Virus record (IMG/VR): IMGVR_UViG_3300037311_000274
Span: 1-54,179 of that record
Strand: one strand, 5' to 3'
DNA: 54,179 nt
DNA from: a virus
Taxonomy: Duplodnaviria > Caudoviricetes
In this document: positions 9,709 to 20,199 of the stretch, piece by piece
How positions within the stretch are numbered: the first letter of the stretch is position 1
Layout of the letters: every line of letters begins with the position of its first letter
Made by a program: the position numbers and the translations under genes
Notes under the pieces: generated by a model
The model's input: the letters and a program-made list of their open reading frames with translations, nothing else
The model's database searches: none
Told to the model about the DNA's origin: nothing

Positions 9709-10963
9709 CACGCTGTTGTCCCTCACGGAATTTGTGCAATGGGTAGGCGGTGATGTTTGGGCGTTTGCCCAAATTGACCGTTCCCCGACGCAGCGCCGTG
9801 AAAAAGACAGTTGCGCGTGTACCGTCGAATACGAATGGCAGTTTGACCCGCAGTACGCCAACTCACCCAAACGCGCCGGGGCGAACAGTCGTGAGACTAT
9901 CCGCCAAGCCATCCGCCAAGCAGAACGGTTGTTTACGCTGTGGACAAACCATTATCCCCTACCTGTCAACATTGTGGGCGAACAGTATCCATGGCGATTG
10001 CGGGGATTGCGTAAATTGCCGCCCAAATTTTTAACCCAGTATGCGCCCTATCTGCAATCTGGGGTGTATGTGCTGACGGCGTTATCCGCAGCAGCAGATT
10101 TAACCCGCACTGATGGCGGGGGGCAACTCTTAGATGCCTTTACGCTGACGCTGCCCGTCCCGGATAACACACGAGCCGATGAAATCCGGGTATTCCTGCC
10201 CGGTGAGGCAACCGAGCGACGGAATGAAATTGTGCCGTTGACGGTACACATTAACAGCAGCGGCGGCACTGGCAATTGGACTGCCACTATTAGCGGTGAG
10301 TCATATCTATTTGTGCTGCCGGAAAAATATCTTGCCAATGAACCGCAATGTGTGAAACACGAAGCCGCTAATTATTTGACTACGGTAGATGTGTGGCGAC
10401 AAACCATAGACACCACACAGCAAGGCGTTTTTGTGTTTGATGCGCTAGGGGATTGCAATGGCGCACCATGCGCGGAGCCGACCACATCTTCGTTATGTTG
10501 GCATATACAGGCGTCCGAAAACCTGCCGTGGTTAGTTCCGGCGAGTATTACATGGGTAGAGGGAATTGCTACAGGATATACCCTGCCCCGTTCACCGGAT
10601 GCTGTGCGGATTAATTACATCGCCGGATTTAATCGCGTTATGGGGCGCATGGATGAGCAGGTTAAACATATCCTGTGTTTGTTGACTGCCGCTTATTTGT
10701 TGTGTGGTGACGGAATGTGCTGTCAAGCCTGTGCCACCGACAAATTAAAGTATTACCGAGAATTGCAGACCTATAAATCGAAAGACTCGCAATTCTTAAG
10801 CAGCGGTGGCGAATCAGGGGCAACCCATACCCTGCTAGTTGACCATGCGACTATTGCCCGCCTCAGTGGATTAGAACCACGGCGGGGATTTGTACAAGCG
10901 TATGGGTTGCTACGCGATATGGGTTGGCTAACCGATGACAGCAATATTATTTTCCAACACTAG
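9698..10963 (+). CDS. putative head-tail connector/neck protein
   Basis: Synteny; IRQAIRQAER and VRINYIAGF motifs resemble adaptor proteins; Cys-rich. Confidence 0.5.
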   Translation: MRSDTLLSLTEFVQWVGGDVWAFAQIDRSPTQRREKDSCACTVEYEWQFDPQYANSPKRAGANSRETIRQAIRQAERLFTLWTNHYPLPVNIVGEQYPWRLRGLRKLPPKFLTQYAPYLQSGVYVLTALSAAADLTRTDGGGQLLDAFTLTLPVPDNTRADEIRVFLPGEATERRNEIVPLTVHINSSGGTGNWTATISGESYLFVLPEKYLANEPQCVKHEAANYLTTVDVWRQTIDTTQQGVFVFDALGDCNGAPCAEPTTSSLCWHIQASENLPWLVPASITWVEGIATGYTLPRSPDAVRINYIAGFNRVMGRMDEQVKHILCLLTAAYLLCGDGMCCQACATDKLKYYRELQTYKSKDSQFLSSGGESGATHTLLVDHATIARLSGLEPRRGFVQAYGLLRDMGWLTDDSNIIFQH

Positions 10964-10981
10964 ACCGTAAAGGACAATCTT

Positions 10982-12490
10982 ATGAGTGAATTACCGCGTC
11001 CTGTATCTGCCTTTGGTGGACACTCCACCAATGAAATGTTTCGTCTGTATGTACAAGGGAGCTACCCATCGTTTATCAATTTGGATGGACATTCGCTGGC
11101 GATGCCCACGCAAGACGCCACCGAACAATTAGATATTCCAGATACAAGATATGATGTTGCCAGCAAGAGTCTTGTCACGACGATGGTAGCCACGAAGCGG
11201 ACAAAAATTACGAAGCGACAAGCCAGCATCGGCGCACCGCCATGGGATATTTCGGTGCTGGATGAACTGGAATATACCGGGGTAGTCCGTGATTATATGA
11301 CGCTGCGTGCCGACTGCGAATATTGTAATCGCCGGGCTTTTATTTATAAAAGCCACCTTGCACTGGGGCAGTTTACTACATCGGAAAACCTAGTTAAGGG
11401 TGGACCCGACCCTACCGCTGAATTAATTGGGCGGACGGCACCGTTAGAAGTCAACGATATTGTGGATTTTCGTCCGCTGATTGGGCGTGTGGCAAAAGAT
11501 GTAGGCGCAAATGCCCTATATGCTGCGCTGTGGCAGAATGCCGGGGACTGCTCAGAAGCAGTGCCGTGCCCGGGCGGACTGTTTGTGGGCGGTGGGCAAA
11601 TTGGCGGCACCGCAGCCGAGATTTTGGCAAGCATCACCACCAGCACGGCACGGTTTGATACCGTTGCGGCTATTAACGCCGGGCTGCCTGCGGGGAGTAT
11701 CATTACCGCAATGATTTTGGTGGACAATACCATTGTCGGCACGTTTGCTGACAACATCAATCCGGCTACGGCAACCACGGGCGGGGTTTTCTATTTCAAA
11801 AATAACGTTGTCACGGTGGGCGAAGACAGCGGCGGCGTGTTGGCTGAACCGCTATATGCTATCACCCGTGAAGGCAACCGGATTTTGGCAGTCGGCAAAG
11901 GCGGGGCAACGTATGTTGCACTCAAGAACAATTTGCGGACGGGTTGGTTGGAAATCACCAATGCCTACACTGGACATTTTCTGGCGGTTGCCAGCACAGG
12001 GAATGTAACCTACATCGCGTCCAGCGATGGCAACGCTTATAGCCTAACAGGCGTCGTATTCACTGACATCACTGCCGTGGTTGACCCGCAAAACGACGCG
12101 ACTGCCCTCAATAGCGTGACTCATCTTGGGAAGGGTCATATCATGTTTGGTGGCACGCCGGGTTTCATCAGCGAAAACCGCAAAGCGGATAACGGCGGCA
12201 CATGGACTGTGGATATTATCGGCGGCGGCGCTGGCACAGTCCAAACGATTGCTGGCACGTCCGAGCGCATTTTCATTGGATTGGATGACGAAATCCAAGA
12301 ACGCTCACCTTTCACAATGGAAAATGACATCATGCAATTTCAGGTATTTGAATTGCAAGGCGGGCAAACCCTCAGTGGCAACATTCGCCAGATTGTTGTG
12401 TTGGATTGGTTGTATGGTCCCAATGTCTTTGCCGCTGTCACCACTGCTGGGGAAATCGTCTATGCCAACCCCTGCTACGCAAGCTGCTAA
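10982..12490 (+). CDS. putative major tail protein with C-terminal beta-propeller-like repeats
   Basis: Precedes the chaperone pair; repeated strand motifs (ILAVGKGG, FLAVAS, IMFGGTPG, GGTWT). Confidence 0.5.
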   Translation: MSELPRPVSAFGGHSTNEMFRLYVQGSYPSFINLDGHSLAMPTQDATEQLDIPDTRYDVASKSLVTTMVATKRTKITKRQASIGAPPWDISVLDELEYTGVVRDYMTLRADCEYCNRRAFIYKSHLALGQFTTSENLVKGGPDPTAELIGRTAPLEVNDIVDFRPLIGRVAKDVGANALYAALWQNAGDCSEAVPCPGGLFVGGGQIGGTAAEILASITTSTARFDTVAAINAGLPAGSIITAMILVDNTIVGTFADNINPATATTGGVFYFKNNVVTVGEDSGGVLAEPLYAITREGNRILAVGKGGATYVALKNNLRTGWLEITNAYTGHFLAVASTGNVTYIASSDGNAYSLTGVVFTDITAVVDPQNDATALNSVTHLGKGHIMFGGTPGFISENRKADNGGTWTVDIIGGGAGTVQTIAGTSERIFIGLDDEIQERSPFTMENDIMQFQVFELQGGQTLSGNIRQIVVLDWLYGPNVFAAVTTAGEIVYANPCYASC

Positions 12491-12525
12491 AACTGCATCC
12501 GGCAGTTCATAACATCCCTTACGAT

Positions 12526-12550
12526 AAAGGTCACAATTGTGACCTTTTTT
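12526..12550 (+). terminator. perfect 22-bp palindrome plus T-tract
   Basis: AAAGGTCACAATTGTGACCTTT followed by TTT. Confidence 0.6.
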
Positions 12551-12569
12551 GATTCAGGAGTTAAAGCCT

Positions 12570-13262
12570 ATGGCAAAGCCACAAAAACAAAAGAAAACAA
12601 CACCAAACAACGATATTCACGCGGAGATTCGTCTGGGCGACCCTGAAAATCCAGTGATTGTAAAAGCTGTGATGACAAGTGCAATGCAAAAGCAGTTGTC
12701 CAAAATGGCAAAGGAACTGCGTTTTCAGCGCGGGGGATTGAATGCCAGTCTTATTTCCTTTCAGGACGAGGATGTACAACGCATCGTCAGGAACAAGGGT
12801 TTAGACCCGATACGTCCGAAAAATCGCCGCGAGAAATTGATAAGGGATAAGATTATCCGTCTGGTGCAAAATCACCATATTGAAATTCAACAAGGGGCGT
12901 CCAGTGATGCTTTTTTCATTCTTTTATTGGATGACCTATTTTTGCCCCCTGCCCAAAATAGCAAAGGGACAACGCCAAAAGTCGAACTACGCCCCGATGT
13001 ATTGGCATTAGTAGATGGGGAAATACTTGAAAATCGGTATCAAGAATATTTTGCCGAACCCGAAGATTATGAACCCCGGAACATGCCTTCGCCTGTGTCG
13101 TTTGATGAAAGTGTGGTAGCTGAACAAAAGGTTGCTTATCTCAGTGCGTTACAACAACTGCTTCCGGAAATGACGGAACAGATGAAGAAAATTGACGGGT
13201 TCGATTTTAATGAAAGTGAGAGCGAAACCCCGCCAGTGGATGATGCCGGGTTTCAGTCTTGA
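12570..13262 (+). CDS. putative tail assembly chaperone (G-like)
   Basis: RBS AGGAG; follows the tail gene; ends GGG TTT CAG TCT TGA, overlapping the next ORF. Confidence 0.55.
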   Translation: MAKPQKQKKTTPNNDIHAEIRLGDPENPVIVKAVMTSAMQKQLSKMAKELRFQRGGLNASLISFQDEDVQRIVRNKGLDPIRPKNRREKLIRDKIIRLVQNHHIEIQQGASSDAFFILLLDDLFLPPAQNSKGTTPKVELRPDVLALVDGEILENRYQEYFAEPEDYEPRNMPSPVSFDESVVAEQKVAYLSALQQLLPEMTEQMKKIDGFDFNESESETPPVDDAGFQS

Positions 13263-13680
13263 GGATTGGATTGAGTATTATACCCAAGCCTTTAATGTGT
13301 TGACCACTTCGGTCACACATGAAGGATATGGATTAATGCCTCTCACCCTGAAATATAGTGAGATGGTAAATTTGTTATCCAATACAGAGGATAAGCGGTT
13401 TAAGCAGTTACGAGACCGCGTGTTAGGTCCCGACCTGATTAAACATGCCAGCCGTGATTTTTGGATATTTAAGGCGCGGCATCAACTCAACATTGATACG
13501 CTATCTTGGGATAACATGACGCTGGCACAACAAGGCGAAGCCATTGCGTATGTGCAAATGCACAATCGCATTGAAACCTATGTCCAATATGTGCGTGAGA
13601 TTTCCAAGCCACCGCCAGAGACGATGCCTGCCTCAACGAAAATACCCCGCGCTGGATGGCGACGAGGAAGAAGGAAATGA
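13240..13680 (+). CDS. putative tail assembly chaperone, downstream (T-like) frame
   Basis: In the +1 frame relative to the previous ORF; overlaps its end; weak RBS. Confidence 0.5.
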   Translation: MMPGFSLEDWIEYYTQAFNVLTTSVTHEGYGLMPLTLKYSEMVNLLSNTEDKRFKQLRDRVLGPDLIKHASRDFWIFKARHQLNIDTLSWDNMTLAQQGEAIAYVQMHNRIETYVQYVREISKPPPETMPASTKIPRAGWRRGRRK

Positions 13681-13683
13681 TAC

Positions 13684-14250
13684 ATGGGCGCTTTGAAACA
13701 TTACGTGAGGGAGCATCGCAATGAACTTGTAAAAGAAATGCTTGCGGAGCAAGTTGCCCCAGCGGAACGGGCGGCGAAGCAACTGGAACGGTTAATTACA
13801 GTCGAACTACAAAAAACCCTACGGTTTGCGTCCCAATTTGGGACCGTGGGGTTCAGGGATGCTAGTATTCAAACTCAATCTGCCGTGAATATTACCGATG
13901 GCGGCGTGGAGATTGAGGTAAACGCCTTGACGGTGGACACTGGTGGGCAACCGCATTTTGTTTGGCATCTCATCTCTTTCGGACGACCAAGGTTCGTGCA
14001 GCGCAAAACCAGTCCGCCGATTCGCAAACGGTCAGAGTTGCGAACCTCACCGGATACACTCACCGTATCCGGTTTTCCCGGTTACAGTGGTGAAACCTTT
14101 GTGGTGCCGGCGGGCGCAATTGTGGCGGCAATTCCGGCACGGCATTGGTATGAAACAGCGGCAAAAAAATTGGCTGAAGAAATTGCCAAGTATCCGACAC
14201 TAAAAGCCTTAAATTTAGAGGTTGTTGTGACAAAAGTAGAGCGACCATGA
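13684..14250 (+). CDS. hypothetical tail-completion-like protein
   Basis: ORF in tail operon; ends IPARHWYETAA, reminiscent of HK97 gp10-like proteins. Confidence 0.5.
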   Translation: MGALKHYVREHRNELVKEMLAEQVAPAERAAKQLERLITVELQKTLRFASQFGTVGFRDASIQTQSAVNITDGGVEIEVNALTVDTGGQPHFVWHLISFGRPRFVQRKTSPPIRKRSELRTSPDTLTVSGFPGYSGETFVVPAGAIVAAIPARHWYETAAKKLAEEIAKYPTLKALNLEVVVTKVERP

Positions 14251-14675
14251 AAAAAGTGCTTGTCTGTGGGAGTCGCAATGCGACTCCCCGTATGCTTGAA
14301 TCGGCTGTGGCAATCGTCGCCAAGGTGTGGTTCTATGGGGATACCCTTTTGGTGGGAGATGCTCTGGGGGTTGATGCTGCTGTGGTAAAAGCGGCTGAGG
14401 GATTAAGACTTGGCTATCAGTGTTATGGAATTGATAACGCGCCACGGAATGGCGCGAACAATTACATCAATGTATCCCCGATGCTGCAATTGCGGCATTA
14501 TTCGGCACAAAGACGCTTTCAAATGCGTGATTTTTACATGGTGGAGAATGCCGATGTGGTTATCTGCATTTGGAATGGCAAAAGCCGCGGTACCAGAGTG
14601 GTCTATGATTATGCCACACAACAAGGCAAAACTGTTTACCTGAAACAATTTACCCAACCTCAAAATTATTCGTAA
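14247..14675 (+). CDS. SLOG superfamily (YspA/DUF2493-like) protein
   Basis: VLVCGSR, GDALGVD, RDFYMVENADVVICIWNGKSRGT motifs. Confidence 0.85.
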   Translation: MKKVLVCGSRNATPRMLESAVAIVAKVWFYGDTLLVGDALGVDAAVVKAAEGLRLGYQCYGIDNAPRNGANNYINVSPMLQLRHYSAQRRFQMRDFYMVENADVVICIWNGKSRGTRVVYDYATQQGKTVYLKQFTQPQNYS

Positions 14676-14737
14676 AAACCGACCCCAGTAGAACACCTGT
14701 AATATAAAAGAGGATTCACCCTATTGGATTCTCTCTT

Positions 14738-17700
14738 ATGTCCCGTACTGCTGGTCTCACCATTCGCCTGAATAACTACGCTGGATTTAAAGCGGAATTG
14801 GCAACACTGGATAAAGTGATTGCTGATATTGACCGCCGGATTGACCGTGTGGGAGATGGCTTCACACGCTTAGAGCGTAGTTTGGGACGCAGCAATTTTG
14901 GACGTTTTGCCCAACACCTGCAAAAAGTGGATTCAAGCCTTGCGGGTGCTGCATCCGGCGCAATCCAAACCAATAACGCCTTTACTCGGTTGGAAGGCGG
15001 GATGCAAGATATTCAATCCGAAGTCACCCGGATTGGCGGCGCATTCAATCGGTTAGAAAGCAGCATGGACTTAACGGCGACTGCCCAAAAACTGGACGCC
15101 GATTTAGCGCGTGTCGGTGGCAGCATCAACGCGGCGGGACAAGATGCACAACAAGCAATGAGCCGTTTTGGGGGATTGGCAGACACCCTTGAATCGGTGG
15201 GAACACGGGTATCGCTGGCAATTAGCGCCCCAGCGATTGCCATGAAAGCCTTCGCCGCTGATGCTGCGATTGATTTTCAAAACAGCATGGTCAATGCGGG
15301 GTCTGTGTTGGGGCAAACACAGGCACAAATGGCGGGCATCAATGAAGAAATCTTACAAATGGGTATTCGGGCGGCTGCGGGTCCCCAAGCGGTAGCCGAT
15401 GCTTATTATGAGGTGGTATCCGGCGTCCAAAACACCTCAACCCACATGGCAATTTTGCAAGCGGCTATCAATACCTCTGAAGCAGGGCAAGCCAGTTTGA
15501 CATCAACCACGCAGGGGTTGATTGCTGTCATGAATGCCTATGACTTAGAAGCTGACCAAGCCTCGAAAGTCAGTGATATTTTCACCCAGACAATGGCGAT
15601 GGGTGTGGGGTCTATGGAGCAGTTTGTTACTGCCATGACCCCCGCCGCGGGGCTTGCGTATGATGTGGGGATTAGTTTTGAGGAAGTGGCAGCGGCAACC
15701 GCGTTTTTGACATCTACCGGGGGAACAGCCAGCGAATCTGTCACACAACTAATGGGCATCATGAGCGCGTTCTTAAAACCCAATGGTGCAATGATTGATG
15801 CACTGGAAGATATGGGCTATGCCAACGGAACCGCTGCATTGCAGGCATTAGGATTGCAAGGGTCTGTCCAAGCGTTGTACGACGCGGTAGGCAACACGGA
15901 TGGTTTGGCAAAAGCACTGGGAACACAAGAAGCCTTGCAAGGTTCAGTAGGCTTGCTGAATGAACGCAGCGTGGAGTTTACCAATAATTTCATTGCGGGC
16001 ATTGATGGGGCTACCGCGGCATCACGGAGATTACAGCAAGAATCGCCTGCTTACCAAATGCACCTGTTCCAAGCAGCATTGAACGGTGCTGGCATTGCGT
16101 TAGGGAAGGCTTTCCTCCCTGCTTTATTACAAGGGCAAGCAGTTTTAACAGATTGGCTAAATGCCTTTACCAATGCCGACCCATCTATTCAACAATTTAT
16201 TGCGGGTATCGTTACCTTAGCAGCGGTGGCGGGTCCCTCAATCTTGATACTCAGTCAGTTTGTAACCGCGTTTGAAATTTTAGGGGGAATTGCATTAGCA
16301 CCCTTACTACTGCCACTTGCTGCTGTTATCACGGTGATTGGTATAGCAGTAAGCGATATTGTGAATAATGTTGGCGGAGCGCAAGATGCATTTGAGGGAT
16401 TTTTAGAACGGTTCAGCAGTTTACTAAGTTTAGTGCAAAGTCTTGGGCAATCTATTGGGTTGGTCTTTGCGTTTATCCGTGATTCGCTAGGATTGACCGA
16501 GCGCACTTTCTCCCCTGCTACCGAAGCATTCAACTTCCTCAGCAACGCCATTGATTCGGTCATGGGCAAGTTAGAACACTTGCAGGCATTCCTATCCCTA
16601 TTCAATATTGCTGCTGGTATGGGGGATACTGCTATCCAAAATGCCAACAATGCGGCGGCAGCAGCCCGAACCGATTTGCTATCACAACGGCGACAATTGG
16701 CATTAGAAATCAAACTAGAAACTGATGAGGATGCATTAGATGATTTGCAATCTCGTCTGGATGAAGTCAATGAGCAGCTTGCCGAACTGCCTGCCCCACT
16801 GCAAAGTTTATTCGACCAATTTGCCGGAACCCCCCTCTTTGAAAGTATCTTCGGGGAAGGTGATGAAGGGATTGCCAAAGCCCAAGCGATTGTTGCCGAT
16901 ATGCGGCTTGAGATTTTCACACTGAAAGACTCAATCGGTGTGGTTGGGCAAGCCTTCCAGATGTTTTTTGCTGGCAATTTTAGTGGGGGATTTGCGACAC
17001 TGCGAGATGGTGTAGCAGAAACCGTGGGCAGTGTTACCCGCTTGATTGATGTATTCCGTGGTGATACAGGCGCAACCGACTTTATTGCTAATTTTTCGAG
17101 TGGTCTTCAGACCACGATTGCCAACATTAACCAATTATTCCAAGACATCGCCAGCGGTGATTTCACCAGTGTTAAAGCGGCATTGAGCGCCGCGTTATCC
17201 GGCGTTATTCAGGGTGCGATTGCAGGCATTAATTTATTGGATGGCGGTGGTGGATATGCGCCGGGTGCGGGCGGTAGTAGCTCAGGTGGATTATTGGGAC
17301 AAATCAAAACCTTATTGACCGATGCTGCCAATGGGGATTTTAGCGGCATTGTTGGCGTATTGCAAAACAATATAGTTTCTGTTATCCAATTGGCATTCGC
17401 AGGTGTGGCAGCCATCTTGGGGGGACCTGTAGCTCTGGTCTTCGGATTAGGCAAGTTAATAGTAGATATTGTTGTAAACGATTTTCTGGGTATCGGTACT
17501 TTGCTGGCAGGAAGCGGCGTGTTAGATATTCTTGAAAACGCTTTTCAACCTATCAAGGATGGCATTAGCAGTATCTTTCAGAATTTGTTTGGTGATGAGA
17601 CGCAATATGCGCCCGGCGCTGGTGCTGGCGGTGGCAAAGCGAATCCATTTAAAGGAATACAAGATTTCTTTAACCCAATTATCACAACCATGGGGCAAGT

Positions 17701-20092
17701 TGCCTTTCAGATTGGGTTAGTCTGGAATGGTGTAGCCAAACCCGCATTAGATACATTCGTAGAAGGGCTAAAAGGCTTTGTTACTAATTTTCAGATAGCC
17801 ACCGCCAATATTAATACAGATTCATTCATTAAATTTGCACAGGGTTTATTAAATGCGTTTGTGATTTTGTTTGGCGCTATTGTTGTCATTGGCAGCACTA
17901 TTGTTGCTGCTGTTTTATCTGGTATTGGGGAGGCTTTGCCCGCTTTAGGGTCTGCTTTGGGCAGTTTTATAGATAGTGCCAGCAAAATATTATCGGGTGA
18001 TTTTGGTGGGGCGCTGCGGGGTGTGGCGTCTGGAATATGGAGCCTAATGGCAGCCGTGGGCGGGTTTGCGCTGGGTATCGCCGATGGGTTTATTAATTTT
18101 ATTGAGACTGTTGCCAATATACAGTTGCCTTCAGCCAAAGAAACAATCGGAATATGGGTTGAAAACATTAAAATGTTATGGCAGATTTTAAAACAAATTC
18201 CAGCGGTGCAGTCGTTTTCAGATGCTATGACTGCCATTGGGGATGCAGTTGGTGGATTAGGTACTGCATCCCCTGATGTTATTTTGGGCGATATTGGAAC
18301 TGCGATTGATAAGCTGAAAGATTCGGTTGCCCAATTTACATTACATGGCTTTCAAGGCATCACCGAATCGTTTATGAAATTACTAGGATTAGATATATCA
18401 GGAGTAAAACCGTTTTTTGATAACCTCCTGCGTGTAATTGATAACCCACTACAAGCAATTCAATTGGCATTTACCAATGTGGGAATTGCCATCAGAACTG
18501 CTATTTCGCAGTGGGGGCGTGATGCCGAAATAGAATTGGCGCGGATTGAATTTATCATTCAACGCGGTGCGGCGGTTATTGAGCAAGCTACTGGTATACA
18601 AACCGGAGCTACGGCAAATGCAGAGGCATCTTTACGGCGTGGAGTTACATTGACGGGTGCCGGTGAAGCGATTGAAGCATTGCAGAGCCAAATTGCGACA
18701 GGTGCAATTGATTTATCCGTGCCACTAAGTTTTGAATTTGCTGATTATGATTTTAATCTTTCGTTGGGGCAAATATTAAACAATCCTGAGTATGCAGCAC
18801 AGTTAGGGGCGGGTGCCAAAGATTTATTTGAGCAAGCCATCAACACGGCAGCCACTAACGCTGATTTTTCTACTGTGGGGCAATTGCTAAACAGTGCCAT
18901 CACGCAGGGGATTGATTTAACGGGTACTGATTTGAACTTGTCGGGTTATATCACGGAGTTGGTGCAGCAGGGATTTACCGGAACAGACCTCGCCAGCGTG
19001 GGAGCAGAATTTGGGGCAGCGGGGTTGGGGACGCAATTTATGAGCGCCCTGCAAGAAAGTATCACGACGGCTGCCGGAACGGGCGAACTGGACATTGCTT
19101 CGACCCTCATGGAAGGATTGGTCTTGTCTTCCAGCGATGCCGGGATTGGGGCAACTACCGAGATTGCCACGCAGATTGCCACACAATTCAATGAAGATTT
19201 GGCAACGGCATTTATCGAAACGGTAGCCATCCCTGAGATGAGCGAGTTTATACCGATTGAGGATGCAACCGCGTTGGGAACATCTATTATTGAAGGGTTG
19301 ACACTGGGGTTGTCGGACGCGACCTTAGCGATTGAAGCTGCCAATGCGACTGCCCTAGAAACGATGAATGCGCTGAATGGCGCGTTTGGGGTGCAGTCCC
19401 CTTCTACCCTCACCCAACAAACAGGGTTGAATCTCATCGAGGGATTGGCATTGGGGATGACTGCCAATATTGGGTTAATTGACCCGGCGCTGCAATTCTT
19501 GGTTGGGAAATTTAACGAATTGACCTTACAGGTTGGGATGCAAATGAACTCGCTCCAATTCCGTATCTTCGGGATTGGGATGGCAATGATGGTCAGCGCG
19601 GGGATATTTGCTGGTCAGGCAGCGGTCATGACTGACAGCATTACCAAAACAACCCTTGCCGTGCATGAATTGGTGGCAGCCATTGGGTTGTTGACGTTGG
19701 TAGCAGGACTGGCGGGGGTTGCCGGAGTGGGTATTCCGGTGCCAGCGATGGCAGCAGGGGGACGTGGTGGACCCGGCTTGTATCGTGTCGCAGAGCCGAG
19801 CATTGGCGGAATTGAATATTTGACGACAGACGAAGGCGGGTCTTTTATTGTGAGCAGCACCAATTTTGAGGCATTCCCAGCGCAACCCGCGCAAGGCTTC
19901 AACTATGTTCCACCGCCTGCACCATCCGGCGGCGGTGGGAACAGTGCGGAATATAACAGCGTGCAGTATCATGGCGATATTATCATCCAAACCTATCCGG
20001 GACAGACCGTAACGCCGGATGTGATTTATGAAGGTCTACAAAAGTATCACCAGAAGAACCCGCCACAGCGCCGGATGCGAAACAATTTCTAA
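14738..20092 (+). CDS. tail tape measure protein (TP901-type core)
   Basis: 1784 aa, Ala/Gly-rich and helical; DFQNSMVNAGSVLG...AVADAYYEVVSG core; hydrophobic segments. Confidence 0.93.
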   Translation: MSRTAGLTIRLNNYAGFKAELATLDKVIADIDRRIDRVGDGFTRLERSLGRSNFGRFAQHLQKVDSSLAGAASGAIQTNNAFTRLEGGMQDIQSEVTRIGGAFNRLESSMDLTATAQKLDADLARVGGSINAAGQDAQQAMSRFGGLADTLESVGTRVSLAISAPAIAMKAFAADAAIDFQNSMVNAGSVLGQTQAQMAGINEEILQMGIRAAAGPQAVADAYYEVVSGVQNTSTHMAILQAAINTSEAGQASLTSTTQGLIAVMNAYDLEADQASKVSDIFTQTMAMGVGSMEQFVTAMTPAAGLAYDVGISFEEVAAATAFLTSTGGTASESVTQLMGIMSAFLKPNGAMIDALEDMGYANGTAALQALGLQGSVQALYDAVGNTDGLAKALGTQEALQGSVGLLNERSVEFTNNFIAGIDGATAASRRLQQESPAYQMHLFQAALNGAGIALGKAFLPALLQGQAVLTDWLNAFTNADPSIQQFIAGIVTLAAVAGPSILILSQFVTAFEILGGIALAPLLLPLAAVITVIGIAVSDIVNNVGGAQDAFEGFLERFSSLLSLVQSLGQSIGLVFAFIRDSLGLTERTFSPATEAFNFLSNAIDSVMGKLEHLQAFLSLFNIAAGMGDTAIQNANNAAAAARTDLLSQRRQLALEIKLETDEDALDDLQSRLDEVNEQLAELPAPLQSLFDQFAGTPLFESIFGEGDEGIAKAQAIVADMRLEIFTLKDSIGVVGQAFQMFFAGNFSGGFATLRDGVAETVGSVTRLIDVFRGDTGATDFIANFSSGLQTTIANINQLFQDIASGDFTSVKAALSAALSGVIQGAIAGINLLDGGGGYAPGAGGSSSGGLLGQIKTLLTDAANGDFSGIVGVLQNNIVSVIQLAFAGVAAILGGPVALVFGLGKLIVDIVVNDFLGIGTLLAGSGVLDILENAFQPIKDGISSIFQNLFGDETQYAPGAGAGGGKANPFKGIQDFFNPIITTMGQVAFQIGLVWNGVAKPALDTFVEGLKGFVTNFQIATANINTDSFIKFAQGLLNAFVILFGAIVVIGSTIVAAVLSGIGEALPALGSALGSFIDSASKILSGDFGGALRGVASGIWSLMAAVGGFALGIADGFINFIETVANIQLPSAKETIGIWVENIKMLWQILKQIPAVQSFSDAMTAIGDAVGGLGTASPDVILGDIGTAIDKLKDSVAQFTLHGFQGITESFMKLLGLDISGVKPFFDNLLRVIDNPLQAIQLAFTNVGIAIRTAISQWGRDAEIELARIEFIIQRGAAVIEQATGIQTGATANAEASLRRGVTLTGAGEAIEALQSQIATGAIDLSVPLSFEFADYDFNLSLGQILNNPEYAAQLGAGAKDLFEQAINTAATNADFSTVGQLLNSAITQGIDLTGTDLNLSGYITELVQQGFTGTDLASVGAEFGAAGLGTQFMSALQESITTAAGTGELDIASTLMEGLVLSSSDAGIGATTEIATQIATQFNEDLATAFIETVAIPEMSEFIPIEDATALGTSIIEGLTLGLSDATLAIEAANATALETMNALNGAFGVQSPSTLTQQTGLNLIEGLALGMTANIGLIDPALQFLVGKFNELTLQVGMQMNSLQFRIFGIGMAMMVSAGIFAGQAAVMTDSITKTTLAVHELVAAIGLLTLVAGLAGVAGVGIPVPAMAAGGRGGPGLYRVAEPSIGGIEYLTTDEGGSFIVSSTNFEAFPAQPAQGFNYVPPPAPSGGGGNSAEYNSVQYHGDIIIQTYPGQTVTPDVIYEGLQKYHQKNPPQRRMRNNF

Positions 20093-20096
20093 AGAC

Positions 20097-20127
20097 AATC
20101 CCCTTCTTTTGAAGAAGGGGATTTTTG
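20097..20127 (+). terminator. Rho-independent terminator after tape measure gene
   Basis: AATCCCCTTCTT-TTG-AAGAAGGGGATT followed by TTTG. Confidence 0.8.
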
Positions 20128-20199
20128 TTGGAGGAAAAGTGCATCCGGTAGATGGAACTGAATGGTACATTGACTCTACCGTGAGTAGAGGAAATCTAA

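Noticed and set aside
16255-19990. Long antisense ORFs inside the tape measure gene (e.g. 16255-16977, 18946-19467)
   Set aside because: Typical shadow frames of Ala/Gly-rich coding DNA, with no RBS or recognisable motifs.
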